Below are positions 24,371-34,598 of a stretch of 64,000 nucleotides of DNA, piece after piece. Position 1 is the first letter of the stretch. Every line of letters begins with the position of its first letter. The translations under genes and the position numbers were made by a program. The notes beneath the pieces were generated by a model, which was not told where the DNA came from, ran no database searches, and saw nothing but the letters and a program-made list of their open reading frames with translations. The stretch spans positions 124,001 through 188,000 of the forward strand of contig JAWMAR010000344.1 in NCBI GenBank assembly GCA_036785375.1, in the 5' to 3' direction. This DNA comes from Leucoraja ocellata (lineage: Eukaryota).

Positions 24371-25467
24371 GTGATAATGCATTGTGCTTTGAAAATAGGC
24401 ATAGTCATTCTTAAATAGGTCCTTTTACCAGCATACATTTACCTCTTACCAGCATACATTTTCATGGATACCATTTGTCATACTTCATCTGAATGACTAA
24501 TATATGCTTGTGATTCACATGAGCCAGGTGCTTATAAACTATTTAATCACAAAGATTGTCACAATAAGCGAGTTCGGTATTCCGACTGCGCAAGCCCGGG
24601 TCATAGGTCACTACAGATAAACATTGGAGGGTGCAGATCTGCTGTGTGTTATTTTTGGTTATCAGACCTTCGTTTCAGTGAATGCTTTATGCACCCCCCC
24701 CCCCCCCCGCTCGGGTGTCCTGGCCTGAGGTGTCGGACCGGGTTCGCCGGGGGGGGTGGGGTTCGGTGCCAGCTCCATTCCGGCTCCCGGGTACTGCAGG
24801 CCGTGCCTCTCTCCCTGTCCAGTGGTCGTTGGTTTGCCCGCTCGGTGGAGGGTGTTGTGACTCAGACGGAGAGGTTTGGTGGCATCGGGGGCCGAGCGCC
24901 GGCCACCGGAGGGGACACACACGGGACGCTGCGGCAGGCCAGGCAACAATTCCGGAACCGAAACGTCACCCATTCAGTTTCTCTAGCCGAACCGCCCCGG
25001 CGGGGGCCAAGCGCCGGCCGTCAACGGGGCTGCGCACGCGGTGCTACGGCGGCTCAGCTGGACGGGCAGCATCTGCGCTGTGCCTCTTAATGTCTAAAAA
25101 AGACCATGACAAAGAGTATTATAGAAAATTGTGGGAGCACTGTTCCTGAAATGGACCAGCTTCATTATACACCTCAAAGGGTTCATGCCAAGATCCTCTT
25201 TAGATTTATCTTTGGTGGTGGAAGTTGTGTGTCAGAGTAGCCTAGCTGAGTATTTGCAATCCATTTTGACGATGGTGTTTACTGCAACAATGGTGCACCA
25301 GTGGCAAAGGGAATTAATGTTGCGGCTGCTAAATGTGTTGCCGAACAAGTTGTTTTTGTTAAGGATTGTGTTGATCTGTTGATTGTTGGAGCTGTACTCG
25401 GGCAACAAGACTTGGATATTGTTGGAGTGGTTCTCGGGCCACTATTGCTCTAGTTTATTGTGTTTTT

Positions 25468-25655
25468 CTGCCTATTTCAGAGTTTTTTAATGCCTAAACA
25501 CCCTGGCTCTGGTGATAATGCATTGTGCTTTGAAAATAGGCATAGTCATTCTTAAATAGGTCCTTTTACCAGCATACATTTACCTCTTACCAGCATACAT
25601 TTTCATGGATACCATTTGTCATACTTCATCTGAATGACTAATATATGCTTGTGAT
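25468..25655 (+). repeat. 188-bp direct duplicate of 24327-24514
   Basis: Identical by eye from CTGCCTATTTCAGAG to ATGCTTGTGAT. Confidence 0.93.
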
Positions 25656-25948
25656 GCAGCGGGTGCAGCAGCATCTATGGAGCGAAGGAAATAGGCAACG
25701 TTTCAGGCCGAAACCCTTCTTCAGTCTGCTCCATAGATGCTGCTGCACCCGCTGAGTTTCTCCAGCTTTTTTGTGTACCTTCGATTCTCCAGCATCTGCA
25801 GTTCCTTCTTAAGCAATATTTTAATGTTTGTTTGAGAAATTAAACTTTTTGTTAGAAGATCATTCCTAAGATATCCAGTGCTACAGTGTCCGATGATGTT
25901 TACTGATATTCAAGAGGAATCATGCAGAATATTTGTTTCTTTCTGCAG

Positions 25949-26093
25949 GATTCAGATCCTTACACCTGGATGACCAAATGATGTTACTGCAATATTCTTG
26001 GATGTCCCTTATGGTTTTCAGTCTTGCTTGGAGATCTTATAAACACTCCAATAGTAGCATGCTCTTCTTTGCACCGGATCTCATCTTCAATGA
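25949..26093 (+). CDS. NR3C1: Glucocorticoid receptor exon 6 (LBD)
   Basis: tttctttctgcAG acceptor, GTAAGT donor. [48 protein letters not shown](E); 145 bp; translated by hand (not in ORF track). Confidence 0.96.
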
Positions 26094-29084
26094 GTAAGTA
26101 CTGCATCACAAGTTGGCATGGGTGATTCTTAAAAAATATTCATAATCCCAAAAACTTGCCTTCGAAAGAAGAACAAAATGATGATATGGTAATAGTTATT
26201 TTAATTAAAACATAATATTGCTGTGAACCTGAGCTGGGCAATCGGTTTCACCCTTTGAAGTGACAGCAATGGATAGCTGACGGTACATCCCAGTGTTGTG
26301 GTAGTACTCTAACTTTTACTAGTAGAGTGGCATTTTGTTTAAAAGGAAAAGGAGAAATGGGATCCAAGTAACGTGAATCTGCAAAAGAAACAGGAAAAGG
26401 ACATGCAATCATCTGAATCAGTCTGAAGAAGGGTTCTGACCCAAAACGTCACATTCTATTTCTCCAGAAATGCTGCCTGACCCGCTGAGTTACTCCAGTA
26501 CTGTGTGTCATCATCTCATAAGCCAATTCCGCTATTCAATGTTATCATGGCTAACCCAATCACACCCTTGTCTCTAAAACACTTCCCTTGTGCTCTCCCC
26601 ATATCTTTGATTACCTTGTAGTGCAATTGCCTGTTACTTGAGTATACAGATTGTGTATACCTCAGGCTCAAGCACAGATACTTATGGTTCGCCATGTGTC
26701 ACTGTCTGCCAAACCTGGAAATGAAGCATTTAATCCCTCAATCCATGTCAGTAATTTAATCTTTTTCCGCCAACTCCATGGTCCATGTACAAAGATGAAG
26801 GATCAGAACAAGATTGATATGATCGATAACGTGCAGGATAAGGGAAATACAATTGGGATGTAACACAAGAACACACAGATATTTATCCTTTGTTAGGCTT
26901 GTCAAAATGCTTATTTTGGAGGAGGCGATCTGTGCAGACGGGAGAAAAGAAACAAAGCTTGTGTGGTATTTCAGAAGAATTTCATGATTGGGGAAACCAT
27001 GTGCTTTACTGAAATCTGAAACAAAAACAGAAAGCGTTTTATTCAATACCCAGCAGGTCAGGCGGAAAGAAAAACAGTTTACGTTTCAGGTCAAAAGCCC
27101 TTATCAAAACATACAGTTGTGTTACCTGCTAGGAAGGATATTGGAAAAGAAGGTGGCTCCATTCATTGTGGGTCATGTTCCAGTTTGGAGGTTACTTGGT
27201 AGTAACTTGCTGTGCTCCAAACTGTACAGCTCTGTGATAAAGATAAGGGAATTTTTGCAAGGGAGTGGAAAACCACAAGATCACTTTAATAAACAATGAG
27301 ATAAACCAGCTCAGTAAGCTCTAGAGATAGAATTTTAAAAACATTTGGTTGAGATTAACAGGGAAGTTATGCATGTGCACCCTGGTATAACAGAACTGCT
27401 GGAATGCATAATTACAAAAAATATAAACCATAGAGTAGTTTTAATATGGATTTTTACTTACACCCAGATCAATCTAAACTGGCTAACTTCATCTGAAAGG
27501 TGGTAAATATACGGAACAGGGGATCTAATGTTTTCCTATTAATTTCTAACATCTGATGAATAATCAATTTTGGACGGGATCCACCTTGCCCCATTGTAAA
27601 GCAAAAGAGATGCAAGCTTGCAGTCTATCATATGATGCCATCATCAGAACGCCACAGATTGGTAGCAAATATTTAGGGCACAAAAGAGATATTATTATTG
27701 AATGGTGACACATAATTTCACCACATCCTCTTGTGGAAGTTCCAGAATGTTGCAGTGTTAATAAGCACTTGCATAATTCTCACAATACTATTTTTCCCTT
27801 TTAAGTAATTGCACCAAAATCCTGTGTCCTCATCAATTTTTGTGCCAATCAGCAGAGAGACTGATGAAGACACAGATATCTCAGAGTTGTTCTTGCTTTA
27901 TCATTGCTTCTCGATGGGCTGATAAAGGTGCTGATGGCCTCTAATGATAGCCCTGGTTAGTTCTGGCCATGGGAAAGTTTGTTTTCACCCCTTCTTCTCT
28001 TTCCTTACCTGAAACAATTTTGTCTCCTTTGCACCTTTGTCACTATCTCTACTGTTAACCAATTACTTGTCAGGCTTTGCCTCGTTCCTACTTCTCTTCA
28101 GCTTTCTTACCCTAGTCTTTGTCTGAAGAAAGGGTCCCAGTCTCAACCTTGGTCTGTCCATTCCCTCCATAGATTCTAAGTAAACCACAGTGCTGGAGTA
28201 TTTCAGTGGGTTAGGCAGCATCTAACGGAGAACATGGATGGCTGACATTTTGTGTTGGGGCCCTTCTTTAGACTGAAGAGGCCTGACCCAAAATATCATC
28301 TATCTATGTTATCCAGAGATGCTGCCCGACTCGCTGAATTACTCCAGCACTTTTTGTCTTTTTTGTAAATCGGCATCTGCAGTTCCTTGTTTATTCCACC
28401 ATAGGTGCTGTGTAATCTGCTGTTCATCTAGCACTTTGTTATTTTGCTTGATGTTTCTGTTCACTGTTAATGAATTGAATGGTATGATTAAGGACAGTGC
28501 TTCATGCAATTACAATGAATCATCAGTAGATTAATTTTTGATGATCTTGACTAAGCTTGCACAATGCTGAGAATATTTAGTCATTCACAAGGCACAGTAT
28601 CTCTGATAAACAACAGTATTTGAAGAGACATTGTAATTTCTCCTTGGGCATAAAAATGATTAAGATCTTTATAGTTAAGTGACATCTTAATTACAAGAAG
28701 ATAGGCATAAAATGCTGGAGTAACTCAGCGGGACAAGCAGCATCTCTGGAGAGAAGGATTTGGTGGTGTTTCGGGTTGAGACCCTTAATTGCAAGACTAG
28801 TATGATATTTAAGATTTTTTAATCTCAATGTGCATGTTTCAGTGTTCATTTCACACTCAGTAAAATATTTAAACTGCAAGTTGGAAGTTGTGTTGTACTT
28901 CCTGGATAGCTGCCTGAGATAATTCCTAAATAACCTCAAGCCCAACTTGACAGTATCTGAAATCCATTGTTCTTAAATTGATGCCTTAATGCCAGACAAA
29001 TGACAATAGAAAACAGCATGTTTTTGGCACGAGGGGTTTAGCAGCAAACATACTATTATCATTGCTTAAAAGAACATGAACTCA

Positions 29085-29312
29085 GAGTTGCGAGTCTGTG
29101 GAATTCTCTGCCTCAGAGGGCGGTGGAGGCAGGTTCTCTGGATGCTTTCAAGAGAGAGCTAGATAGGGCTCTTAAAAATAGCGGAGTCAAGGGATATGGG
29201 GAGAAAGCAGGGACGGGGCACTGATTGGGGATGATCAGCCATGATCACATTGAATGGCGGTGCTGGCTCGAAGGGCCGAATGGCCTACCCCAACACCTAT
29301 TGTCTATTGTCT
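29085..29312 (+). mobile_element. CR1-like LINE 3' tail
   Basis: SLWNSLPQRAVEA remnant; (CTATTGT)n tail. Confidence 0.85.
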
Positions 29313-29433
29313 AAATATTGAATATAAAAAAGTGTTCAGGGTAAAAAACTTAATTTGCAATTCTTTCAATAGCAAATGTAAAGGAATATAACAAGAATGA
29401 TGTACATGTTGACATTTTCTTTTTTAATTAAAG

Positions 29434-29564
29434 GGAGCGGATGCAGCAGTCAACTATGTACAGTTTGTGCAAAGGAATGGGCAACATTGCAGTAGATTTC
29501 AGAAACCTTAAGGTTGCCTATGAAGAATATCTATGCATGAAGGCATTACTGCTGCTTGGCACAA
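29434..29564 (+). CDS. NR3C1: Glucocorticoid receptor exon 7 (LBD)
   Basis: AG 29432-33, GTAGGT donor. ERMQQSTMYSLCKGMGNIAVDFRNLKVAYEEYLCMKALLLLGT; 131 bp; translated by hand. Confidence 0.95.
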
Positions 29565-29573
29565 GTAGGTATT

Positions 29574-30749
29574 ACCATATAACCATATAACAATTACAGC
29601 ACGGAAACAGGCCATCTCGACCCTTCTAGTCCGTGCCGAACACGTATTCTCCCCTAGTCCCATATACCTGCGCTCAGACCATAACCCTCCATTCCTTTCT
29701 TGTCCATATAACTATCCAATTTATTTTTAAATGGTAAAAACGAACCTGCCTCCACCACCTTCACTGGAAGCTCATTCCACACAGCCACCACTCTCTGAGT
29801 AAAGAAGTTCCCCCTCATGTTACCCCTAAACTTCTGTCCCTTAATTCTCAAGTCATGTCCCCTTGTTTGCATCTTCCCTCCTCTCAGTGGGAAAAGCTTA
29901 TCCACGTCAACTCTGTCTATCCCTCTCATCATTTTAAAGACCTCCATCAAGTCCCCCCTTAACCTTCTGCGCTCCAAAGAATAAAGCCCTAACTTGTTCA
30001 ACCTTTCTCTGTAACTTAGTTGCTGAAACCCAGGCAACATTCTAGTAAATCTTCTCTGTACTCTCTTTATTTTGTTGACATCCTTCCTATAATTAGGCGA
30101 CCAAAATTGTACCCCATACTCCAGAATTGGCCTCACCAATGCCTTGTACAATTTTAACATTACATCCCAACTTCTATACTCAATGCTCTGATTTATAAAG
30201 GCCAGCACACCAAAAGCTTTCTTTACCACCCTATCTACATGAGATTCCACTTTCAGGAAACTGTGCACACTTATTCCCAGAGCCCTCTGTTCACCTGCAT
30301 TCTTCAATTCCCTACCATTTACCATGTACGTCCTATTTTGATTTGTCCTGCCAAGATGTAGCGCCTCACACTTATCAGCATTAAACTCCATCTGCCATCT
30401 TTCAGTCCACTCTTCCAACTGACATAAATCTCTCTGTAGACTTTGAAAATCCTCTTCATTATCCACAACCCCTCCTATCTTAGTATCATCTGCATACTTA
30501 CTAATCCAATTTACCACACCATCATCCAGATCATTGATGTACATGACAAACAACAGTGGACCCAACACAGATCCCTGTGGCACCCCACTAGTCACTGGCC
30601 TCCAACCTGACAAACAACCATCCACCATTACTCTCTGGCATCTCCCATTCAGCCACTGTTGAATCCATCTTGCTACTCCACCATTAATACCCAACCATTG
30701 AACCTTCTTAACCAACCTTCCATGAGGACTTCTTAACCAACCTTCCATG
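29574..30749 (-). mobile_element. Young 5'-truncated CR1/HER1-like LINE with open RT C-terminal frame
   Basis: 364-aa ORF with GVPQGSVLGPLLF, KYADDTK, ERRRLRGDL; (TTATATGG)n tail; TSD AGGTATT (29567-73 / 30750-56). Confidence 0.95.
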
Positions 30750-31931
30750 AGGTATTCATCTTGGTAATATTATTAGATTGGGCACATCATGTGAATCCTT
30801 CAGTTAATTTGTAGATGTTAGTCTCAGTGCAGTTATAAATATATATAAACTATTAAGGGTTAATGCAATGTGGCCAGTTTCTTATATCAGTACATTGTGT
30901 CATGATTATCTGAATATTATTTGACGATTTCTACCTCTTTGATTGATGTCCCTTGGACTAGCCTTGACCGGACTTTACTGGCTTTACCTTACACTAAACG
31001 TTTTCCCGTATCATGTATCTGTACACAGTAAATGGATTGACTGTAATCATGTATTGTTTTTCTGCTGTCTGGTTAGCACACAACAAAAAGCTTTTCACTG
31101 TACCTCAGTACACGTGACAATGAACTGAACTGATTTCTAATTTTGTAATGCCATTATAGAAAAATTATAAAGTGAATACAAGAACATAGCAGGAGTATGC
31201 CATTTGGCCCCTTGAGCCTATCCTGCCATCATCCTGATCATACTCATCTGCTCCTGAACACTGCCTCTTCTGTGCCAATTCTTCACATCTCTCAAATTCC
31301 TGATCTTGCATAAATTGCCTGATCTACTTCCTCTTTAAAATTCCAACGGTGATCTTGCCATTAGATTTACCCACAAACCAAACAAAAATCCTCATGTCGT
31401 TTCTGTCATGCTTGATTGAGCATCAAACTACTTAATGAGTGCCCTGGGCAATTTATCCTAATAACTAGCTTTCTCAAGTTGGATCCATTAAATGCCTTTG
31501 ACGGCAGCAATTATTGAAGGTGACTCACCACCTTGAGGGCACCTGTGATGGGCAATATTTGATAATGTTGCTAGCAATGTGCCCATATCCTTAAAATAAA
31601 TAATCAGTTGGTGTACAATCAAGACCTTAAAGCAATTGTACTTAAAAGTTTGTGCACATCAATGTACTAAATTAAATTTGTCTGTTTAGTCAATTCATAA
31701 TTAGGCTCAATAACAGTAATTTTTGGGTCTACGATAGGACATAGATTGGAGCCACACTCCAGCACTTGGACTCGGCTAATACTGATTGATGGTGGATGGA
31801 TGCACCATGGAAGCAGGTCCTTTGGCCCACCGTTTATTTCCCATTTATATCCCATATCATCTATTGCTATGTTATGGCTTTTGCTTACTCTCACTGCATA
31901 AATCACAAAAGGTGTTTTTCTTCCTCTGCAG

Positions 31932-32089
31932 TACCAACAGATGGCTTGAAGAGCCAGGCTACATTTGATGAGATTCGAACCTCGTACATAAAAGAGCTGG
32001 GGAAAGCCATAGTGAAGAAAGAGGGAAACTCGAGCCAAAACTGGCATCGTTTTTATCAGCTGACTAAACTTTTGGATTCAATGCATGAT
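31932..32089 (+). CDS. NR3C1: Glucocorticoid receptor exon 8 (LBD)
   Basis: ttcctctgcAG acceptor, GTAAGT donor. [53 protein letters not shown]; 158 bp. Confidence 0.97.
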
Positions 32090-32344
32090 GTAAGTAAAAT
32101 TCTGGGGAAAAGTAAATGTTTCAAGTATTCCAGCAGACATGCTAACATCAATTAAATTATTGGTTGGTAAACATTTCCTGCAGAGGCAAATTGGAAATGT
32201 AATAGTGTAATATTTTTCAGGACCTGAACAACTACAGTGTTCATTGTCCATACTTGAGAAGGCCTGGTAATCTGCCACCACCACAGTAAATGTCCGGGTC
32301 CAGATGATGAGCAACTTGGAGGGGAACTTGGAAGTGGTGGTGAC

Positions 32345-32487
32345 CTTTATTAACTGGCCTTTATTAATATCTGACAATGTGCACTTTAACCACATGTGGT
32401 TTTTACTATTACAAATTTCAAATTATGGAGTACAGAGGCAAATAAAAAATGATGGGTCTTTGGCCCAAACATTATGGAGGGCACTGT
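32345..32487. mobile_element. Solo Tc1 TIR fragment
   Basis: Matches the TIR at 58770-58899, ending ATGGAGGGCACTG|TA. Confidence 0.8.
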
Positions 32488-32844
32488 AGAATGGTATGTG
32501 CATGGGTGGTGGAAACAGAGACAATAGCAGCATTTATGAAGTACCAGGTGTATTCTGATGAAATTACTTTAAATTGGCATCACAGTTGGAACAGACATCT
32601 TGGGCAAATGGCCTGTTTCTCTGCTGCATTGTTCCCTGTTTCATAAAATAAAGTTTTACTATTTTGGCCTCAGAGCTACACAGAAAATAAGTATTCACTT
32701 CGTTCCTTATCCTGTCATCAAAACGTTGAATAAAGTTTACTACTTTATATCACTGTGTAGAGACTAAAATCTTAAAAGCACCAATGCTGGCATTGACTGG
32801 TTAATGTGCCTGCTAAACACTGCCATTTTCCTTCATAAAATACT

Positions 32845-33880
32845 ATTAGACCATTCCCTCCATAACTCCCTGGCCAATTTGCACCTTCCCACCCAAACCA
32901 TCCCCTCCCGGGTACTTCCCCTTGCAACCTTTCCCCATGTTCCCGATGTTGGGGGAGTCCAGAACCAGGGGCCACAGTTTAAGAATAAGGAGTAAGCCAT
33001 TTAGAACGGAGACGAGGAAACACTTTTTCTCACAGAGAATGGTGAGTCTGTGGAATTCTCTGCCTCAGAGGACGGTGGAGGCAGGTTCTCTGGATGCTTT
33101 CAAGGGAGAGCTAGATAGGGCTCTTAAAAATAGCGGAGTTAAGGGATATGGGGAGAAGGCAGGAACGGGGTACTGATTGGGGATGACCAACCATGATCAC
33201 ATTGAATGGCAGTGCTGGCTCGAAGGGCCAAATGGCCTACTCCTGCACCTATTGTCTATTGTCAACCGCAGGAAATGCTACACTTGTCGCTTTACCTCTG
33301 TCCTCGACTCCATCCAAGGATCCAAGCAGTGTTTCCAAGGATCCTGCACCTCGTCCAACCTTATCTACTGCATCAGCTGTTCCAGGTGTCAACTTCTCTA
33401 CATCGGCGAGACCAAGCGTAGGCTTGGCGATCGTTTTGCCCAACACCTCTGCTCAGTTCGCACTAACCAACCTGATCTCCCGGTGGCTCAGCACTTCAAC
33501 TCTCCCTCCCATTCCGAATCTGACCTTTCAGTCCTGGGCCTCCTCCATTGCCAGAGTGAGGCCAGCGCAAATTGGAGGAACAGCACCTCATATTCCCATA
33601 CACCCCAGCGGTATGACCATTGACTTCTCTAATTTCAGGTTGTCCTTGCTTTCTCCCTCCTTCCCCTCCCCTTCCCAGTTCTCCCACAAACATACTGTCT
33701 CCGCCTCTTCCTTTCTTTTTCCCGTCCCTCCCCCCCCCCCCCCCCAACATCAGTCAGAAGAAGGGTCTCGACCCGAAAGTTCGCCTATTCCTTCTCACCA
33801 TAGATGCTGCCTTACCCGCTGAGTTCCTCCAACATTTTTGTCTGCCTTCGATTTTTCCAGTATCTGCAGTTCTTTCTTAA
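32845..33880 (+). mobile_element. Penelope-like element 3' part (GIY-YIG endonuclease remnant plus terminal repeat)
   Basis: SSNLIYCISCSRCQLLYIGETKRRLGDRFAQH..PVAQHFN; frameshifted; ends in the abundant GAAGAAGGGTCTCGACCCGAAA repeat. Confidence 0.88.
32930..33262 (+). mobile_element. CR1-like 3' fragment nested in the Penelope element
   Basis: ESRTRGHSLRIR..GYGEKAGTGY; TSD CAACC (32925-29 / 33263-67). Confidence 0.9.
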
Positions 33881-34442
33881 ATATTAAAATGTTAACGTTC
33901 ACTCAGTTTAACAGATGAGGGTTGAAAATACAAATTATTATAATCTATAGATGTGAACATTAAATGAGTTGACAATAGTGCAATTAATGAGTTTTATCAA
34001 CAAACCTTGGAAACAGATTAAACAAAGGAATAGTGAATTTTAGGTTGTGTTGTGAAACTTTCCTTTTTCCAGCAAAATGGCAAATTTGACTAAGATCAGG
34101 GTGGCGAATATAAATAAGATTTTGTTCATGTAATAATTTACTGTCAGAGCCAGCACTTCATATACATTTTTTACAGTTGTTTTTATAAGGGTGTGATAGA
34201 TGGTCGGCATGGACCAGGTGGGCCAAAGGGCCTGCTTCCATGTAATTTTCAATCTAATAAGATTGCTCACCAGGAGTTCTCTATCTCAAGATATTTTTCC
34301 AAACTATAACACCTCAGAAATCCGGCATGTCCACTGTGTAATACTTTTTACATTTTCACAATTTTAAATCCCCCTTCAGAAATGTTGACTTTACGCGTGC
34401 TTTGTTTCGGTTTGCTAATATTCTTGTTATTTTCTCTTTTAG

Positions 34443-34598
34443 TTGGTGGAAGGGCTCTTGCAGTTTTGTTTTTATACCTTTATGCAATCAAAGACACTCA
34501 GCGTGGAGTTCCCCGAAATGTTGGTGGAGATTATTAGCAACCAGTTACCAAAAGTCATGGCTGGAATGGCCAAACACCTCCGGTTTCACCACAAGTGA
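34443..34598 (+). CDS. NR3C1: Glucocorticoid receptor exon 9 coding part (AF-2, stop)
   Basis: ttctcttttAG acceptor. [51 protein letters not shown]; TGA at 34596-98. Confidence 0.97.
   Translation: MVEGLLQFCFYTFMQSKTLSVEFPEMLVEIISNQLPKVMAGMAKHLRFHHK

Noticed and set aside
29654-30748. 364-aa, 319-aa and 467-aa RT ORFs as host genes or a novel RT system
   Set aside because: Truncated CR1 and L1 ORF2 fragments with LINE context (tails, TSD, frameshifts); no sign of domestication.
16399-34598. Calling the receptor NR3C2 (MR) or PGR
   Set aside because: MR-like LBD residues are ancestral states. YGVLTC, ARKTKK, R27, LGG and the ARHGAP26 neighbour favour NR3C1.
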